A stretch of DNA of 44,191 nucleotides, the filler included, from Catajapyx aquilonaris (lineage: Eukaryota): the NCBI GenBank assembly GCA_000934665.2. It is 2 parts of 2 records of this genome, joined end to end, with 100 filler letters (N's around TTAATTAATTAA, not from the genome) between each part and the next. Parts side by side here need not be neighbours in the genome. Positions count along the whole stretch, not along the records: positions 22,136 to 44,191 come from JYFJ02005927.1; 1 more part is not named here. One strand, written 5' to 3'. Every line of letters starts with the position of its first letter. The first letter of the stretch is position 1. Shown piece after piece: positions 22,350 to 36,200 of the stretch. A program made the translations under genes and the position numbers. The notes below the pieces were generated by a model. The model did not search any database, had not been told where the DNA came from, and was given only the letters and a program-made list of their open reading frames with translations.

Positions 22350-22539
22350 CTTCATGGTAAAAGGTGAAGCACATGTTCATGAGTGTCTTTGCAGGGGAGA
22401 AATCATCTGCTTCCAGGCATTCAAACAGAACTATGGCAAAGTACTGGATGAGGGCATAGAAGGTGGACTCGCCAACACATTTGTTGCTAGCACGGCAAGA
22501 ATTCACTAGTCGAGAAAACCACTGACGACCAACTTCATG
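22350..22539 (-). CDS. KIAA0513: KIAA0513 homolog, conserved exon (gene cut off by the spacer)
   Basis: [63 protein letters not shown] matches recalled KIAA0513 (..[29 protein letters not shown]); AG/GT-bounded. Confidence 0.88.
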
Positions 22540-22651
22540 CTACAGAGAAAGATGCATGAAAATTGATTAGGTAAGTTCAGGATTTTCACTTCATGAGGCT
22601 GTTCAGACCATGCTACCTGGTTGAGGGGCTCCCTTAGCAACAAATTCTTAC

Positions 22652-22950
22652 CTGTGCAACCTGACCAAATTCAGCCTTCCTGTCCAGGTTGATGGCAGTG
22701 CAATCCTTGAAGATGTCCTCCACAAATGCCTTCATAAACGCAACATGCTCAGATGCCACACCATCATCTGGCTGACTATCACAACTCAGGCTAGATATCC
22801 AGGACAATATGGAGGCTTCCGAGCCAGACCTGCCCCACATCTTGTGCCCATGGTTATGATGATCGGCCCCTCCATCTGACTCGAGGCTTGTGCTTGGGCC
22901 GTATCCCTCCTGGTCACTTCCTGAGCCAGATCCACTGCTCGCAGGTGCCT
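22652..22950 (-). CDS. KIAA0513: KIAA0513 homolog exon
   Basis: EAPASSGSGS...FMKAFVEDIFKDCTAINLDRKAEFGQVAQ; phases compatible with both neighbouring exons. Confidence 0.85.
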
Positions 22951-23073
22951 CTGGTGTACCCATAAAAATCAAAATAAATATTATAAATATTGAAATATCA
23001 GCCATACACTTAACATAATCATTTACATGCAACACTCAAAAAAATTTCAGCTTGGTTGTAGTTGTTCACTCAC

Positions 23074-23221
23074 CTGAACGATAGTTGAACTTATCAAAAG
23101 GATCAGGTCCAGTTGCTTTCAGCTCCACTTCTGATCGAATGGAAGGGCTATGATCGTCACTTCCAGGTGTTGTCACTAGAGGAGCCACAGACGCAGTAGT
23201 GCTCTTGATCTCGGATGCATT
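23074..23221 (-). CDS. KIAA0513: KIAA0513 homolog exon
   Basis: TAG|AATGCATCC...TCAG|GTGAGT; open frame, phase 0 in and phase 1 out, bridging the adjacent exons. Confidence 0.7.
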
Positions 23222-24275
23222 CTAGTGGGTTAAAGGACTTTATTTTAACCGATTCTAACACTATGCCCGCTATACAATAAGTAACATTCACAATAAGTAA
23301 AAGCTGATTAGCATGGAGAATGTAAAGACAAACCATCTTAAAAATAATATCCAAAGTTATGATGGAGATGGCTTTATTTCCACTGTATGCTCACAATAAG
23401 TCAGACACAAACTGCTTAGTATGGGGGAGATGGCTGACGGAACTGAATGAAGCAATCCCTTGGAGGCAAGGTTTATTAGCATATACAGTACTCCTAAGAG
23501 ATTCAAAACACACTTATTGTCCCACTGGTAACTTTGCATTCCATCATTGCCTCACTTTCATTCCCTTCTTCACATCATTTTCAAACAAATGCACAATAAT
23601 AATCTTATGATGATACACACACAATAGGTACAATCACCTGAGAAAAGTTACTGACATTACTGATCACTAAAATTCATTCTATCAACTGGTAGACAGCAGC
23701 TGATTCCTGCCTCACCCACCCCTATCCCTACCACGACCTATCATGTATGCAGTTTGAGGCAATTTACATGACAATATGAAAGAGCGAGAAGAAAAGGGGT
23801 CAGTAACTTCCAAGCTGTAATCAAACATTAGATAAGCTATAGCCAGCAGTCACTATCTACGCCAGCGTTTCTTAACTGGGGTTCCATGAGCAATCGTTAG
23901 GGCTAGGGGTTCTGCAAAGTTAACTTTTCTCACCAGATACAGTGAAATCTGCGTAGAGCAGAATCACCCAATATTGTACCATTATGTGTGAGAAAAATAC
24001 TTTGAAAACCTTTTTCTACAAAAGAATGAATGACTTATGTATTTAAATGTATCTTTGGTGATCTTTGGACCCTCAATGAGACCTCGCCACCTCGGTCTCA
24101 TCACATGGTACGTAATGAATAAATAATTCATTAAAAACCATCCACCAGGACTAAACAAAAGGTCCATGTGGAAATGTTTCTATATCCAGGGTATCTTATA
24201 GTCTGAATTCACTGCAGTACCTGATACGTGGCATACAAAGCAGAAGCACCACAAGTTATTGAAGAAATACATTAC

Positions 24276-24722
24276 CTCTTCTGGCACCATGTCTTGCTTG
24301 CTTCCACTGTCCCCATTAGTCTCAATGCCATCCACCCTGTCGCCCCTTCCGCTTGTGGTGCTGTCCTTCCTCCGCTTGTGGTGCTGCACCATGGAGGTGT
24401 AGTCCTCAAAGGACAGGGCCAGACCCATCTTGAAATTAGGAAACCGCAGCTTCTTGGGCCCAAACAGAAACATTTCCGTAGCTCGTTCGTGCTCGCTGGG
24501 AGACGACAGCAGCTGGTCGTGGCTGCACCCTTCCTCCCCAGTGCAGGTGCTTCCCCTGGGCGGTCTCCGGATCATCCTCCCAGTGGCAGAGTCCATGGTG
24601 AGGCTGGTGTTGACCCCCTCGCTCTCTTCCTCCTCCACCGTGTTGAGGCTGAGGGCCGCTTCCAGTTTGGACACCAGGTCGTTCTTGGCGTTCAGCATGG
24701 ACTTCAAGCCCGATTTGAGCAT
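24276..24722 (-). CDS. KIAA0513: KIAA0513 homolog, probable first coding exon
   Basis: ATG at 24722 (MLKSGLKSMLNAK..), GC-rich open frame to GAG|GTAATG, in phase with 23221. Confidence 0.7.
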
Positions 24723-27149
24723 GGCTCTCTGGGTTTATTTCTGTCCCCCTCTGCCCAGATACAATCCGCACAATTCAGCGGCAATCAGGATGCGGAAGCT
24801 GCGTTTCCGGGTGGCCTGTTTAGCTCCGATTGCTGCTGGAAGGCCAAGGTCACCTTTCCTGCTGCCGGGCGATATCGAAGGAGGGGCGATTAACCTTTCG
24901 GGCCGCCAGCTGGGGCGGTTGGCCCGTCCGACGCCCGCACCTGTGAGGAGGAGGCTGCTTCCATCGCCATTAGAACGAAGCAGCAGCAGCAGAAGACGCA
25001 GACTGCGGAGTGGAATGACTGTGCATGCCACTTGGATATTGATCACACCGGATATTCCTGATTCGCGAACGGAAAAGCCGCGCCGCCAATTTTCAAACTG
25101 TGTCTAATGAACTAGTTGTTTTAGAAATATTTTTTACCTGGTATCAATAATCAGCATTGTTGATCTCATGATACGATTAGTGTCCTACTTTAGTGTTGGG
25201 CAGATGGATCTAAAGGGGACATCATGGACTATAGTAGTGGGCCACTGTAAGGGCAGAAAAGTATGAGCAGTCATGTGGTACCGCTTGCGTAATATCTCGC
25301 AGCAAGTAGACTATCGCAGAGTTATTAACTGTGAGGGGGTAATTAGCAACAACATTGCGCTCCATATAAAAGAAGGTTTATGAGCAATGTCTTCGCGCTA
25401 GCTGCTTGTTTTTGCAACACTTGAGGATGTGATTCTCTTATGAGATAACTGCGCGTAGTAAAAATGAGCGGATAATAACTGTTTACCTCCTGAGTAAATC
25501 TGTCTCGGTTGTATGCATAAATCGGAAAAAATTATTTATGGCGGGATGTTGCATAAAGCAATCATATCAATGAACTCACAATGATTACAGGACAGGAAAT
25601 TGCAATGTCAATTGCTTCGTTTTCAAAAGCCGCGAATTATTTATTTTACTGCTACCGGTACATCATATGAATACTGTCTTATGTTGCTTATCTCGAGAGA
25701 TGAATGAGTTGTTATCCACGGAGGAAGTCCTGTCAAATTCTAACAATCTGCTCTCGGCCTCTATATTCACTTATTGCCACACTCGTTTAAAACGCACATG
25801 TGTAAATTTCCAGAGCGCAGCACACCTTCACGCATAATATTTTGATTCAAGGTGACAAAGTCCATTATAGCTTTGCCACAGTCTACTTCCAGCCACTTGC
25901 GGCCAAGTTAATCATGGCAGGCACATTTATTAATCTTGAAGTCTCTTATCAAGAATTATAACCACATCTGATGGAACCAGCACGTCAACATATCCAGTAC
26001 GTTATCATCAGCAAGCTGCGCTTCATCCATGAGCCAATTTGCCGAGCAGGCAGCATGTCAGCCGCTTCTATTATGAATATCATAGTAGCTGCCATTGTTC
26101 ACCTTCTGACGTGAACCTGTGTGAGGACAATAGAAATGTGGGTTGTCTACCGAATTCAGCCGCTCAGAGAGAAATGGGACTCCCTTATCTACATGGTAAG
26201 TGAAGGATGATAAAAAAACATATATGCAGACTTTTAGCCGTGTCTTGTGCAGTCGGAAGGATTGCTTTCGTGTCTTTGCTCATGAAACGTTCCCATCAGC
26301 TAAAGAGACACGTCATGTTGCAATAAAGTGCTGACGTTCAAAGGATTAAACATATCGCTGTACCTGTGATCCAGGATATTGCATGGTGTGTTGTCACATT
26401 CCAAAGAAAACTCCAATAATGCGGTGTCTGTTTAGGTTCGCAATTATTTTGCTCAGTTTAATATCATTTAAAATATTTGCTGTTAGTATTAGCTAGCTGT
26501 GGGGCTATGGATCCTTGAGAGGGAATCCAGCCTGCAGATAAAAGTGGGCTTTATCATTGTTGCACGATGCCAATTGTTCCAGTGGGTCACTCCCAACCGG
26601 AAATCAATTGTAGTTCACAGCTTGATCATTCAATTCAGCTAAATATCAGCAGGCAACAGCTCCAATAGAATTGCACGGCAAAAAATTGGTTACTAAAACA
26701 TACACCTGTCTTGGAAGACGCTGTCAAGAGCAAGGTATTAAGCCTTGCTCTACTATGAAATTCAAATAATATTGTTTCCCAATCCATCAACTAGACGAAT
26801 AACGTCTCATACATGGCAAATCTTGAGGTGTGTGAATCACCACTCTGCACAACACGCCCTCGGCCCCCTTTTCCCCCCATACAGCCCCCATCCATTATAT
26901 TCCAACAAGTGTGCGAAGCCGCATTTTGCATTAATCAGACTGGATTATCCGCACGTCAATGCCTGTCCACATACGATACCGAGCACCCCACATATGCCTG
27001 CTGCTGCAACAACACCTGCGCCCACATGCCCTTCCTGCACCTCACGTCAGGTACACCCTCTTTATATTATTTGCACCGTTCCAGTTTATGTAGGCTAGTC
27101 GTGAACCACTCAGGATATTGGAGAAGAGAAAGAGAAACATCATCCGGAC

Positions 27150-27262
27150 ATGAACCCCAAGACTTTTCCGGTGCTTCGACTGCCCCGGGAAGAGGTACGT
27201 CACATCGCAGAGGTCATTAAGAAAGATGCCCTCGTCAGGGAGCAAGTGGTACGCAGGCTTGG
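27150..27262 (+). CDS. MyRIP/Slac2-like Rab effector, exon 1 (SHD1 helix)
   Basis: MNPKTFPVLRLPREEVRHIAEVIKKDALVREQVVRRL (cf. SHD1 [27 protein letters not shown]); in-frame stops upstream; phase-2 GG|GTGAG joins 40752. Confidence 0.7.
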
Positions 27263-30200
27263 GTGAGCACTTTTCCATTCTCTTACAATCCCGAGAGATA
27301 ACGCGTAATTCGAAATCGAAACCTGTTGGCATATGTAGGACCAAAGACCATTACGGGAAAGCGGTAATAAGTATAACACTTCCCAGTTTGCTCAAGTATT
27401 TCTAGGGATGAGGAAGAAAAGGAAAAAGTTGGGCAATGCCATGTTTTCCTATTTCCAGTTTTTTTTTGGGTTGTTTTTTCCAGAGGTCATGGACAATATG
27501 GGATGCCTTGGAAACAATATTTTTGCAATAGACACTGCGTGTTTTCCCACCAGACAGGCTTTTGTGCAATGCATTAACCCCGATTTTGGCATCACATTGT
27601 CTGCACAAAATTGCCTTATTCAAAATCCTTCAAACTTAAATAAAGTACCACTAACAATAGGCTTCAGTTTTTCTTATTTTACTAATTGCACCTATACTAG
27701 AGAGGTAAAACCAGTTTGCTGCAGGGCCAGACACAGTACTATATGCAACGCTCTAAACTTCTTATCCAAACCTACACTTTAAACAACGGCAACACAGCTC
27801 GGGAACCACGCTTGGTATTGAAAATGAGCCAGATTATCAAGTTCAGCCAAACATGTCACGTATACGAACAAAAGTCGTTGACCAAGGCAAATTCGAAAGT
27901 TGTCGGTTGTAAGGACATGAAGGACGTTACATACTTGCTCTTGAATTTTCCGATCCCAACAGCAACACAAAAAAATTCACAAAAGATGAGTAAAAAAAAG
28001 GTGCATGTGCTGGGAACGTCCTTGGTCAAATTCTCTGTGTTAGAAACCACCTCTTTTGAGCTTACGCAATGAGAGCTGGTCCGTCCAAGAGAAGGTGCGT
28101 GATCGACGGGGTTACTTGCTCACACAGGTCCCTAATTATAATATTATACACTTGAGAAGTCAGCCTTGCCCTCATACTCAGCAACTTCCCATAGTATGAA
28201 ACTGCATTATTTCGTGATCGTACGGAATTCTCAGCACATTTGGCATGAATTGCACTGCACCTGTGCAACTGCTGCTGGGAAAATCCGACGAGGCCATCAG
28301 GAATATATGCAATAATATCAGTGTCCTATTTTAATACACAATGCTTATGTGTCAGGGCGTGTGTGTCACTTGCAAAAATGATAATGCGAGCAATCGAGTT
28401 TGCAAATGCGGAACTTGAACAGTTACACTTATAAAGTTGATGACCTTGTGAAAAATGCCCGTATGCTCAATACGTGCCAAACACGATGGGTGGGAAGATA
28501 ATTATGTTTGGAAAGGAAATGCGGAAATGGATGAAAGCTGGTCGCCATAATTAACAACTGAAAATATTGAAGGCGATAGCTCTGCTGGTTACGAATTATT
28601 GACGTGCAGATATGGTAAAAAAAAGAAAGTTATTGCGTGTCAATAAGTTGCAGTAAAGAGTGAAAAGTCCATATAATTACGTCTTAAGATCGCGCTCGGA
28701 GAAATCGAGGTTGTAATCCTCACCCAACAGATTACCAGCACGTTTGGTCCTGCATATAAAGATTAAGAACCCACCAGTTTCCTGTCGTAAAGGGGTGAAC
28801 GTTCTTGATTAATGCTATTATTAGTACGATGTGGATGTAACGCTATTCAGAATGGTCCTATAATACAACTACTCTATGGCACTATGGCGCTGTTAAACAG
28901 TGATCATAAACTCCGGTACGTCGTGTAAATGAATTCACCAACATTCAACGGGGAATCGTCAGCAACTGTTGCCCATAAGGCAATATTCTGCCTCCTGTGT
29001 GTATATATGTGTGTGTAAAGAGAGCAATATTGTTTCCCTTATAAAGAACCTCCCTTTTCATACCATGTATAGCACAAATCAATCATGTGTATTCCTCAGT
29101 ATTCCTATATTTCCATCCAAAAAAGTGCCCCTGAATGATGCGTGGATCTTTTTGCATTTTATCAATTATTGCAAACCATAAACTGCAGCAATTATTTACT
29201 CCTCTTATCACCACTTATCAGCAAAGTACTACCTACGCATGCAGAAGACTTCCTGACATCAGCAGTTCATCGTGACATCAGAACACGAAATAATTATCCT
29301 AGTGTTTGGGGGAAAAAAGTACTGCAGGTGACGAAGTGGTCATTACGTGTTAGTTTTTGTAAACTAACTTGATGAGCAATATTTCTAAGCATGTATGCTT
29401 TCTAAGCCTTGCAAGTAGTAATGTTTTAACAGCTGCGAAATAGCGCACTTGCAAGTTTATCACGTCATTGTACTAAAAGCTTTTGCAGCTGATTTAATCT
29501 CCATTCTGAACAGATGCTGCTGTGTGATTGGTATATTGGCAGGTGTACTTCTCAACGTTTTCCCTCGATGTACTTATTTTAATTCAGAAATTTAATTAAG
29601 ATCGTTGAACGGATTAAATGTCAAAAAAAACTCAACTCAATTTCATTACAAATTATTAATAAGGCTATTACAATATTCATTAACCTTTATGTAACTATTG
29701 CTGTGCTGGGTTCCGTAAAATAACATAAATTCCGGTCAAAACATTGCTTTCACAGGCATGTTTTTTTCTCTCTCTCTCTTTCTCATGTGAAAAGGCGAAT
29801 AGCAGTAAGTAAACACTCCAGCCCCATCATTTCATCGCTGCCGTTAGATCAAGTCCAAGACAAAAAATTGAGAGTAGTCCTATTTACTGATCATATCTAC
29901 TATTTTTTTGCCGATAACGTTTCTATCCACTGAAAAAATATTGAAAGTAGAAATTACGTTGGGATTACTAGTCAATGCTACTTTCATAACAATAATATTT
30001 CAGTGAAGATGCCACTTCTGTAATACACTAATATGGTCCTATCGTTTCCACGTGAATTGCAACTCAAGTAGTATGGGAACTAGTCATCTATAGGCACCAT
30101 ATTCTACAGAATTTTAGTCCCATCTTCCCAGTAAATCTGCCGAAAAATCTTGCAATCTGATATTTTTTTTAAATAATCCCTTATGACCCTTGGCATGGGA

Positions 30201-33200
30201 GATAAAAATGTGTTGGTTTTTTGATCAGATGTTTTACACTGAAGCTAACATGACCACCTTAATTTTCCCTCAGTACTTTAGTAATACGTTACATAACAGA
30301 GTTGTTAGATAATGGCCATGTTCAATCCATTTGCTGAAAAAAATATTGGTAACTGCTAGCACTAATCATTCTAGTCATCCAAATAAATCATTCTAGCCCA
30401 AGAGCAATAACTGCCACATGCATGTGGTACAGTAGCATGCATCGCAACAAACTTCCCAGGAAATTATGCAAGCAAAAGCGATTTTAAAAAATTAACTGAT
30501 TATTGGTAACTGCCATACTTCCGGAGCTAATTTTTATGCAGGACTCTGCGGGATCGTACTATTTCATGAAATGGATGCAGTGCTGCACATATACAGAAAT
30601 AAATATTTCTTCATTCGTATATGACGCAAGGATGGAAACGTTGCGAAACTCCCTGAAGGTACTTTTCTACAATTGGACATACAGTTGCAAGGGCAATCGT
30701 AAGAAGCGACCACGTCAGCAGTCTCAATTTTTTTGCTATAATTTCACAAACGTGAATGGGCATTAATTACTCCGGTACCTGCGATGTTTTTTTTTATACA
30801 ATATACCTAGGGTACTTTCCCCAGCCGGTTATTTCTAATCCCATAATATAGCTGAGCAAGCGTGTAAATCTGGGCGTAACAATAATCCTGTAAACTCGAT
30901 CTTACGCTGAAATTGTGACGTCAACCACAGTGATTGGCTGAGATCAAACATAATGCTGGTTTAAAGTTTTTAACTGTTAGTAATGAATAGAGTGCAATAA
31001 AGTGAGAGCGTCATAAACGTATTTGCAATTGAAATACCAGGGGAAAATTTACTCATTAAATAGTTCGGTGTCCAAAAACCCGTTTTGAAGTCAGGTCAGC
31101 ACTCTCACACTCTGATCCGAATCCTACATAACAGATCCTGCGTGTCTCCCTGGTCGGCATACAATAGTCAATTTTTGTTTGTTTCGAGTTATTTACACCA
31201 CGAATAATACTTTTTTCTGCTCTATCGCCTAGTTTTGATATATAATGAGCCATCAAACCAAAATTTTCTATCATCACCACCATTGCAAGGTCAATCTTTC
31301 ATTTTTGGTTTTTTGGACTATAATTAATTTGCATGCCTACGATTCAATATCTCCATTGGCAAATCAGCCTCATGAATGGACCGTATGAGGGACACTTCTT
31401 ATGCCATTCAGGTGTGAAAGTGTGCCGGCCGGCTCCCACACACACAAGTCCCACCCCCTCTATAGGGGTTGACACCATCCCCTATAAGTGTAGATATACA
31501 CTCTAGCCAGGTGAGATAAGCACAAGGCGGTGTGCAGTGCTCCTGGTCGGATGGAACAAGCTGCGGTGGGGTGCTGACTTACGTCATCAGAAGAGATCAG
31601 TGGAAAGGCCTTCCATTTTTTTTTTTACATCTCCAGCAGCCCCAGTCGCTGTTGGGCCTGAAGCCAGACAGGTTCTTCCATAGTGTACCGAGAGTGCGTG
31701 AAGTGCGTGATGACTGCCACGGTGGGCGCCTCCTTCTGGGGGGCGACCTCGTGGTCTGCATCGGTGGTCAGCATCGGTGCGGTGGTCGCGTGTCTTCTTC
31801 TGCTGCTTTTAGCGGTGTTTCACTGGCTCGAGTAAGTTAGCGGTTTGGATATACTCTGAAAAGGTGGTGATGGACAGAGTGGGTCATAAGTGGCATGCAG
31901 TTGTTTGCACTTCTTATCCATTGTACCATCCGGGGCTTCCAAACGCGAGCATAACATCTGGGAAACTTTCAGAACTGGCTGGACAAATTAAACCAGGGTA
32001 GGGTGCCAGGTACATTATAAATAAAGGGGTGTGTGACATACAAATTGCGAGTAGTTGCGAAAACGTTGCGTACCTGTTGAATTTTTGCTAAGGGGACGTG
32101 ATTGATGCGCTTTCTACCGCAACCTTGAAGTGCTAAACGCATTTTCTTGCTCTGGTCTGCACCTATTTGCCAAGTGAATTCACATCAAGTTTACTGTAGT
32201 TTTTCCGCAGTTAGTACCTCTCTCGCACCAGATAACAGACCACATGATCCAAGTCAGTGGGTTCATAACCCGATATCCTGCGTTACATTGTGATTGAGAT
32301 AGAAACTCATCACACGTGAAGGAATTTGTGATACCGCTACAATTCACGAATTATATACCGGTACATAACATTTTTCTTGTTAAATGTCGGATTGTTGTTG
32401 GGAAAGAACTGGTGACATTTAATACATGAGCTATCAGTGTTATAACAGTGTGCACTGAGCCACATGATTGTGGAGTAATAGACAATGCTATATCGCCCAT
32501 ATGGGTACTTGAAGGAGCCATTATTGCATTGGCAGACTTCATAATCACTTATCTCACTTATCAAGAAATTCTCGCGCCAGTAACCTCACTTATCGCGTCT
32601 ATACTGCTCCGTATCAATTGATTTGAGGCTCCAAACATGGAACAAGGCCTCGATGATATCCATCGCTTGAGACTTATCGTTAGAATTGTTTTTTTTTGCC
32701 ACATGTTGTTTGTACCGACCGGTATGCGACACAGTCTCATAAGAGCAAGCCAAGGTGTTCTCAAGGACCTTGAATGTTCACTCCGCCAATCACTGGCTAC
32801 TTAGCACGCCGTAACATCCCCCCAACAAGGCCCAAGTTGTTGGGAATTATTATTCGTTTCCGTTTCCTGAAATAAATATTGTGAAGTACCTTTACAATGC
32901 AATATTATTCGTGGAATATGTTCCACGTCTTTCTTGCTCAGACTGCGATTCAAATCAGATCGCTATAACTCTACACTGGCGCAATATATTAAAACCTCGT
33001 TAAAAATTGCTGCCTTGACTTTTCCACTGTGTTAAGAACAGGCTAACAATCATGACCCACATCGGCCTTATACCCTCCATTAGAATGACAATGGCAATTA
33101 ATACCTTTGTGCCAAGGAGCAAGTATTTGTTAAGGATACTGCGATAAAGGAAGATGTCACTTCCATTAATAGTAATGGTCCGTAAATTACTATGACTAAT

Positions 33201-36200
33201 TGTATGATAAAAGTTATTAAAAGATGTGAGTGCAATAAAATCCTATAGTTTTATAGCACATATTCAGTTGATGAAAACACACTATAATAATTATACATGT
33301 GTTTACTTTTTATATTTTAATTGAACCCTTCTTCTCATCTGTTAACCTTGTCATTACAAAGAGATGTCTTTTTAAAAGAAAAGCCTTTTGTGTTCGCAAT
33401 GTAATGATCTATACACAGCATACTTCTTTTGCCCAAGGTTCTCATTTTTACAAGAAAAATTGAGAGTCTCAAAGATTGATTGAACAAAAAATGGTTGTGT
33501 CTACAGCCCATTAGCGATTCTTTCGCTTGACATGTATGAATGCGCATGAACATGCATGACGGAGAAGTATGTCACTGTGGACATACCAATATCTATTTTG
33601 AGACGTACCAAAAAAAACGACGTATAGCGAAAGCTCCTCCTCTATACATGGCACCCATCGGTTCCCTCTTTTCGCAACCAGGAAAGAGAAAATCAGGATC
33701 CTTCTATAGCTTTTGCATCATCCGGATACAGGGAAAAGCAAATTCCGTTCATTGTAACTCTAAAGGGCAACTAGAAGTCCCAATCGCTAAGGTGCTATTA
33801 GCCGTCATCACGCTTCAATTTCTCCCTCCCCTTTTCACTCTTTTGTCCAATTCCAAAGATGTTTGAGCCTTTCATCGGCATCATCGACACGGTTTGCGGT
33901 CACAGAAAAATTGAGGATTCCTGCTACATAAAAGCTACATGTCGTGCTATGGAGGAATTGGGATTTTTTTTAAAAAAACTATGTTCTGGTGCTTTCTATA
34001 TGTCACGGATATTTTTTTATCGTGTTTATTCAAACGTGCGTTCTCTTAGAAATTTCACCACAACATGCCAATGCTGCCTGTGGTCAGTTCGCACATAAGA
34101 AAATAACAACTTCCGTTAGTGGCCTGCACAACATCTCTATACGTATAATTTTACATCGCGAAAAAAATAATGTTGAGAAATAAGTTTTGGATGTGCAAAT
34201 CATGAAAGGTGTGATCTGGGAAGAACCGCAATGTTTTCTCAATTATACTGAGAAAAGTAGTAGCCCGCGATTATTATACCCTAATTATACCATGTACGGC
34301 GTACGACTACGACCTAGTGTGCCACATATGTTAGTGACATAATATTAAAACGCTACTTTTTAATAAAGATAATGGAAGTGTTTGCGTAATAAAACTGTGT
34401 CCGTCACCTTGGTAAAACTTCAATTCATGATGTTAAGAGGGAAAGCAGCCGCCAGAAGATGTCTCTATGCTTCGGTGGCAAAATGGCAAAGCAGTAATGC
34501 CACCTGGTGGTACGCTGGGTCACAATCTCAGTAGAGGATGCCCCTTACATGGGGACACCATCCCAAACACAACACTTGATCATCGATATTGTTTTAGAAC
34601 TTTCTAATTGGGAAATTCCTATTAAGCACGAAAATGACAATTTATTATGGTGATGATGGCCTATCCATGTAATTCATTTAATTTGGATTCTTCTGCGCAT
34701 TCCATTCCACAAGCATCAATTTGCAAAACCTGGCATATTCGTGCACCTAAGTACAACCTCGGAAATAAACCTACCGGTTATATTCAAATCCAACCCGTTT
34801 ATGAATAACACATTAGCCAAGAAAATTCTCAGAGAAATTCAGGCTGGCAGGTGCCTCATAAAACCGGTCCTGCTGTGATGTTATTGGCGATCTGTTCCCA
34901 TTCTTGGAGACTAGAACGATGAGTTTTCGGATAGGATGGCCAGTTCTGATTGGCGGGATCCTAAGAAGTGGAAGAAGGAAAGCTGGTGGCCGGATGACTA
35001 ATCTAAATGAGCGGAGACGTTTAATCGAAGAGATGAAAAAGAGGACGCAGCAGACCAGCTGGAAAGTTGCCTCCAGCCTGTAACATATAGTCATGACTAG
35101 GGATTATGAATGAGAGATGCCCGAGCTAATTCTCCAACCGAGACAAGGAAACTGGATTTTATGACCTGCTGAAGCAACAAGGTCGCCGGAAGAATAAACA
35201 TGCACCAAAAAACCCGGTTGCATCTCCGGGGCCGGTCGGTCTCGTTATAATGGACTGCATTCATGTAAACCCGACTTATCTCTATGTAATCTAATTGCTT
35301 AATAATCACGACGCTCCTAAAAGCGGATCGGTGTAAATGAAACGGCCTGATGTAACAACCAAGTCTGGCAGGATAGGAAAATGGTCAGGGTGTTAATTTT
35401 AAAAAGATTTGAGACAAATTGCTTGCTGCTACTCTAATTAGTCTAATGTTATTTGTCAGTTTATCACATTGATAATGTGTTGACAATTATATCAGGCTGA
35501 AGTTCATTTTCATGGGTTAAAGATTTTCACACGCGCGCCCGTGAGAACACGTTTGCAGGTAAACAATATAACGTTGCATGTACCATGCCAATTTCAAAAA
35601 ATTAATTAACAGACAAATTAATAAAATGTTAATTCAATAATTTTGATTTTTTGTTCTATATGGGGGCATTCAATAAATGAAACCTCACGCATTTTAAAGC
35701 ACCATTTACAAAATCATGCATAGGAGCAGTACGCTCGGTGTATATAAAGTGACTTACGTCACGGATTCACACCCGTCAGAATGTACTTCCGCAATGATTA
35801 AAACGTTAGCGCCGGACAGCTTTGTTGGCAGCGTCGCTGACCGCCTGAAATATTCGCCGCGTTTGACTGGAATTCACGTGCGTTTTTTTTTGTGACCCTC
35901 AATCCCCCCAAATTGGTCGGACATGAAATTGGAAACCATCCCAGAACCTACTTGTCCTGTCCCAACTAGAGTCCAACTTAACCCAAATTGTCCCCGACAT
36001 TAAGCCCATCTCATCTGACCTTCCCACTAACTTCTCATCTCACACCATCCCTAGTGAATCGGTCGCGAAATTAAAAGTCAGTGAAGGTAACATGAAGTTT
36101 AGGGGGTGTAGCAGGGCCAGGTAGAGAGGGAGGTGGGGGGGCCATGGGAATGAAGGTGAGGCAGGTAAACCAAACCGGCAGGTGAGCGAGGCAGTGACCA

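Noticed and set aside
24228..25107. 221-aa and 225-aa plus-strand ORFs
   Set aside because: Antisense shadows of the GC-rich KIAA0513 first exon/5' region; no recognisable motifs.
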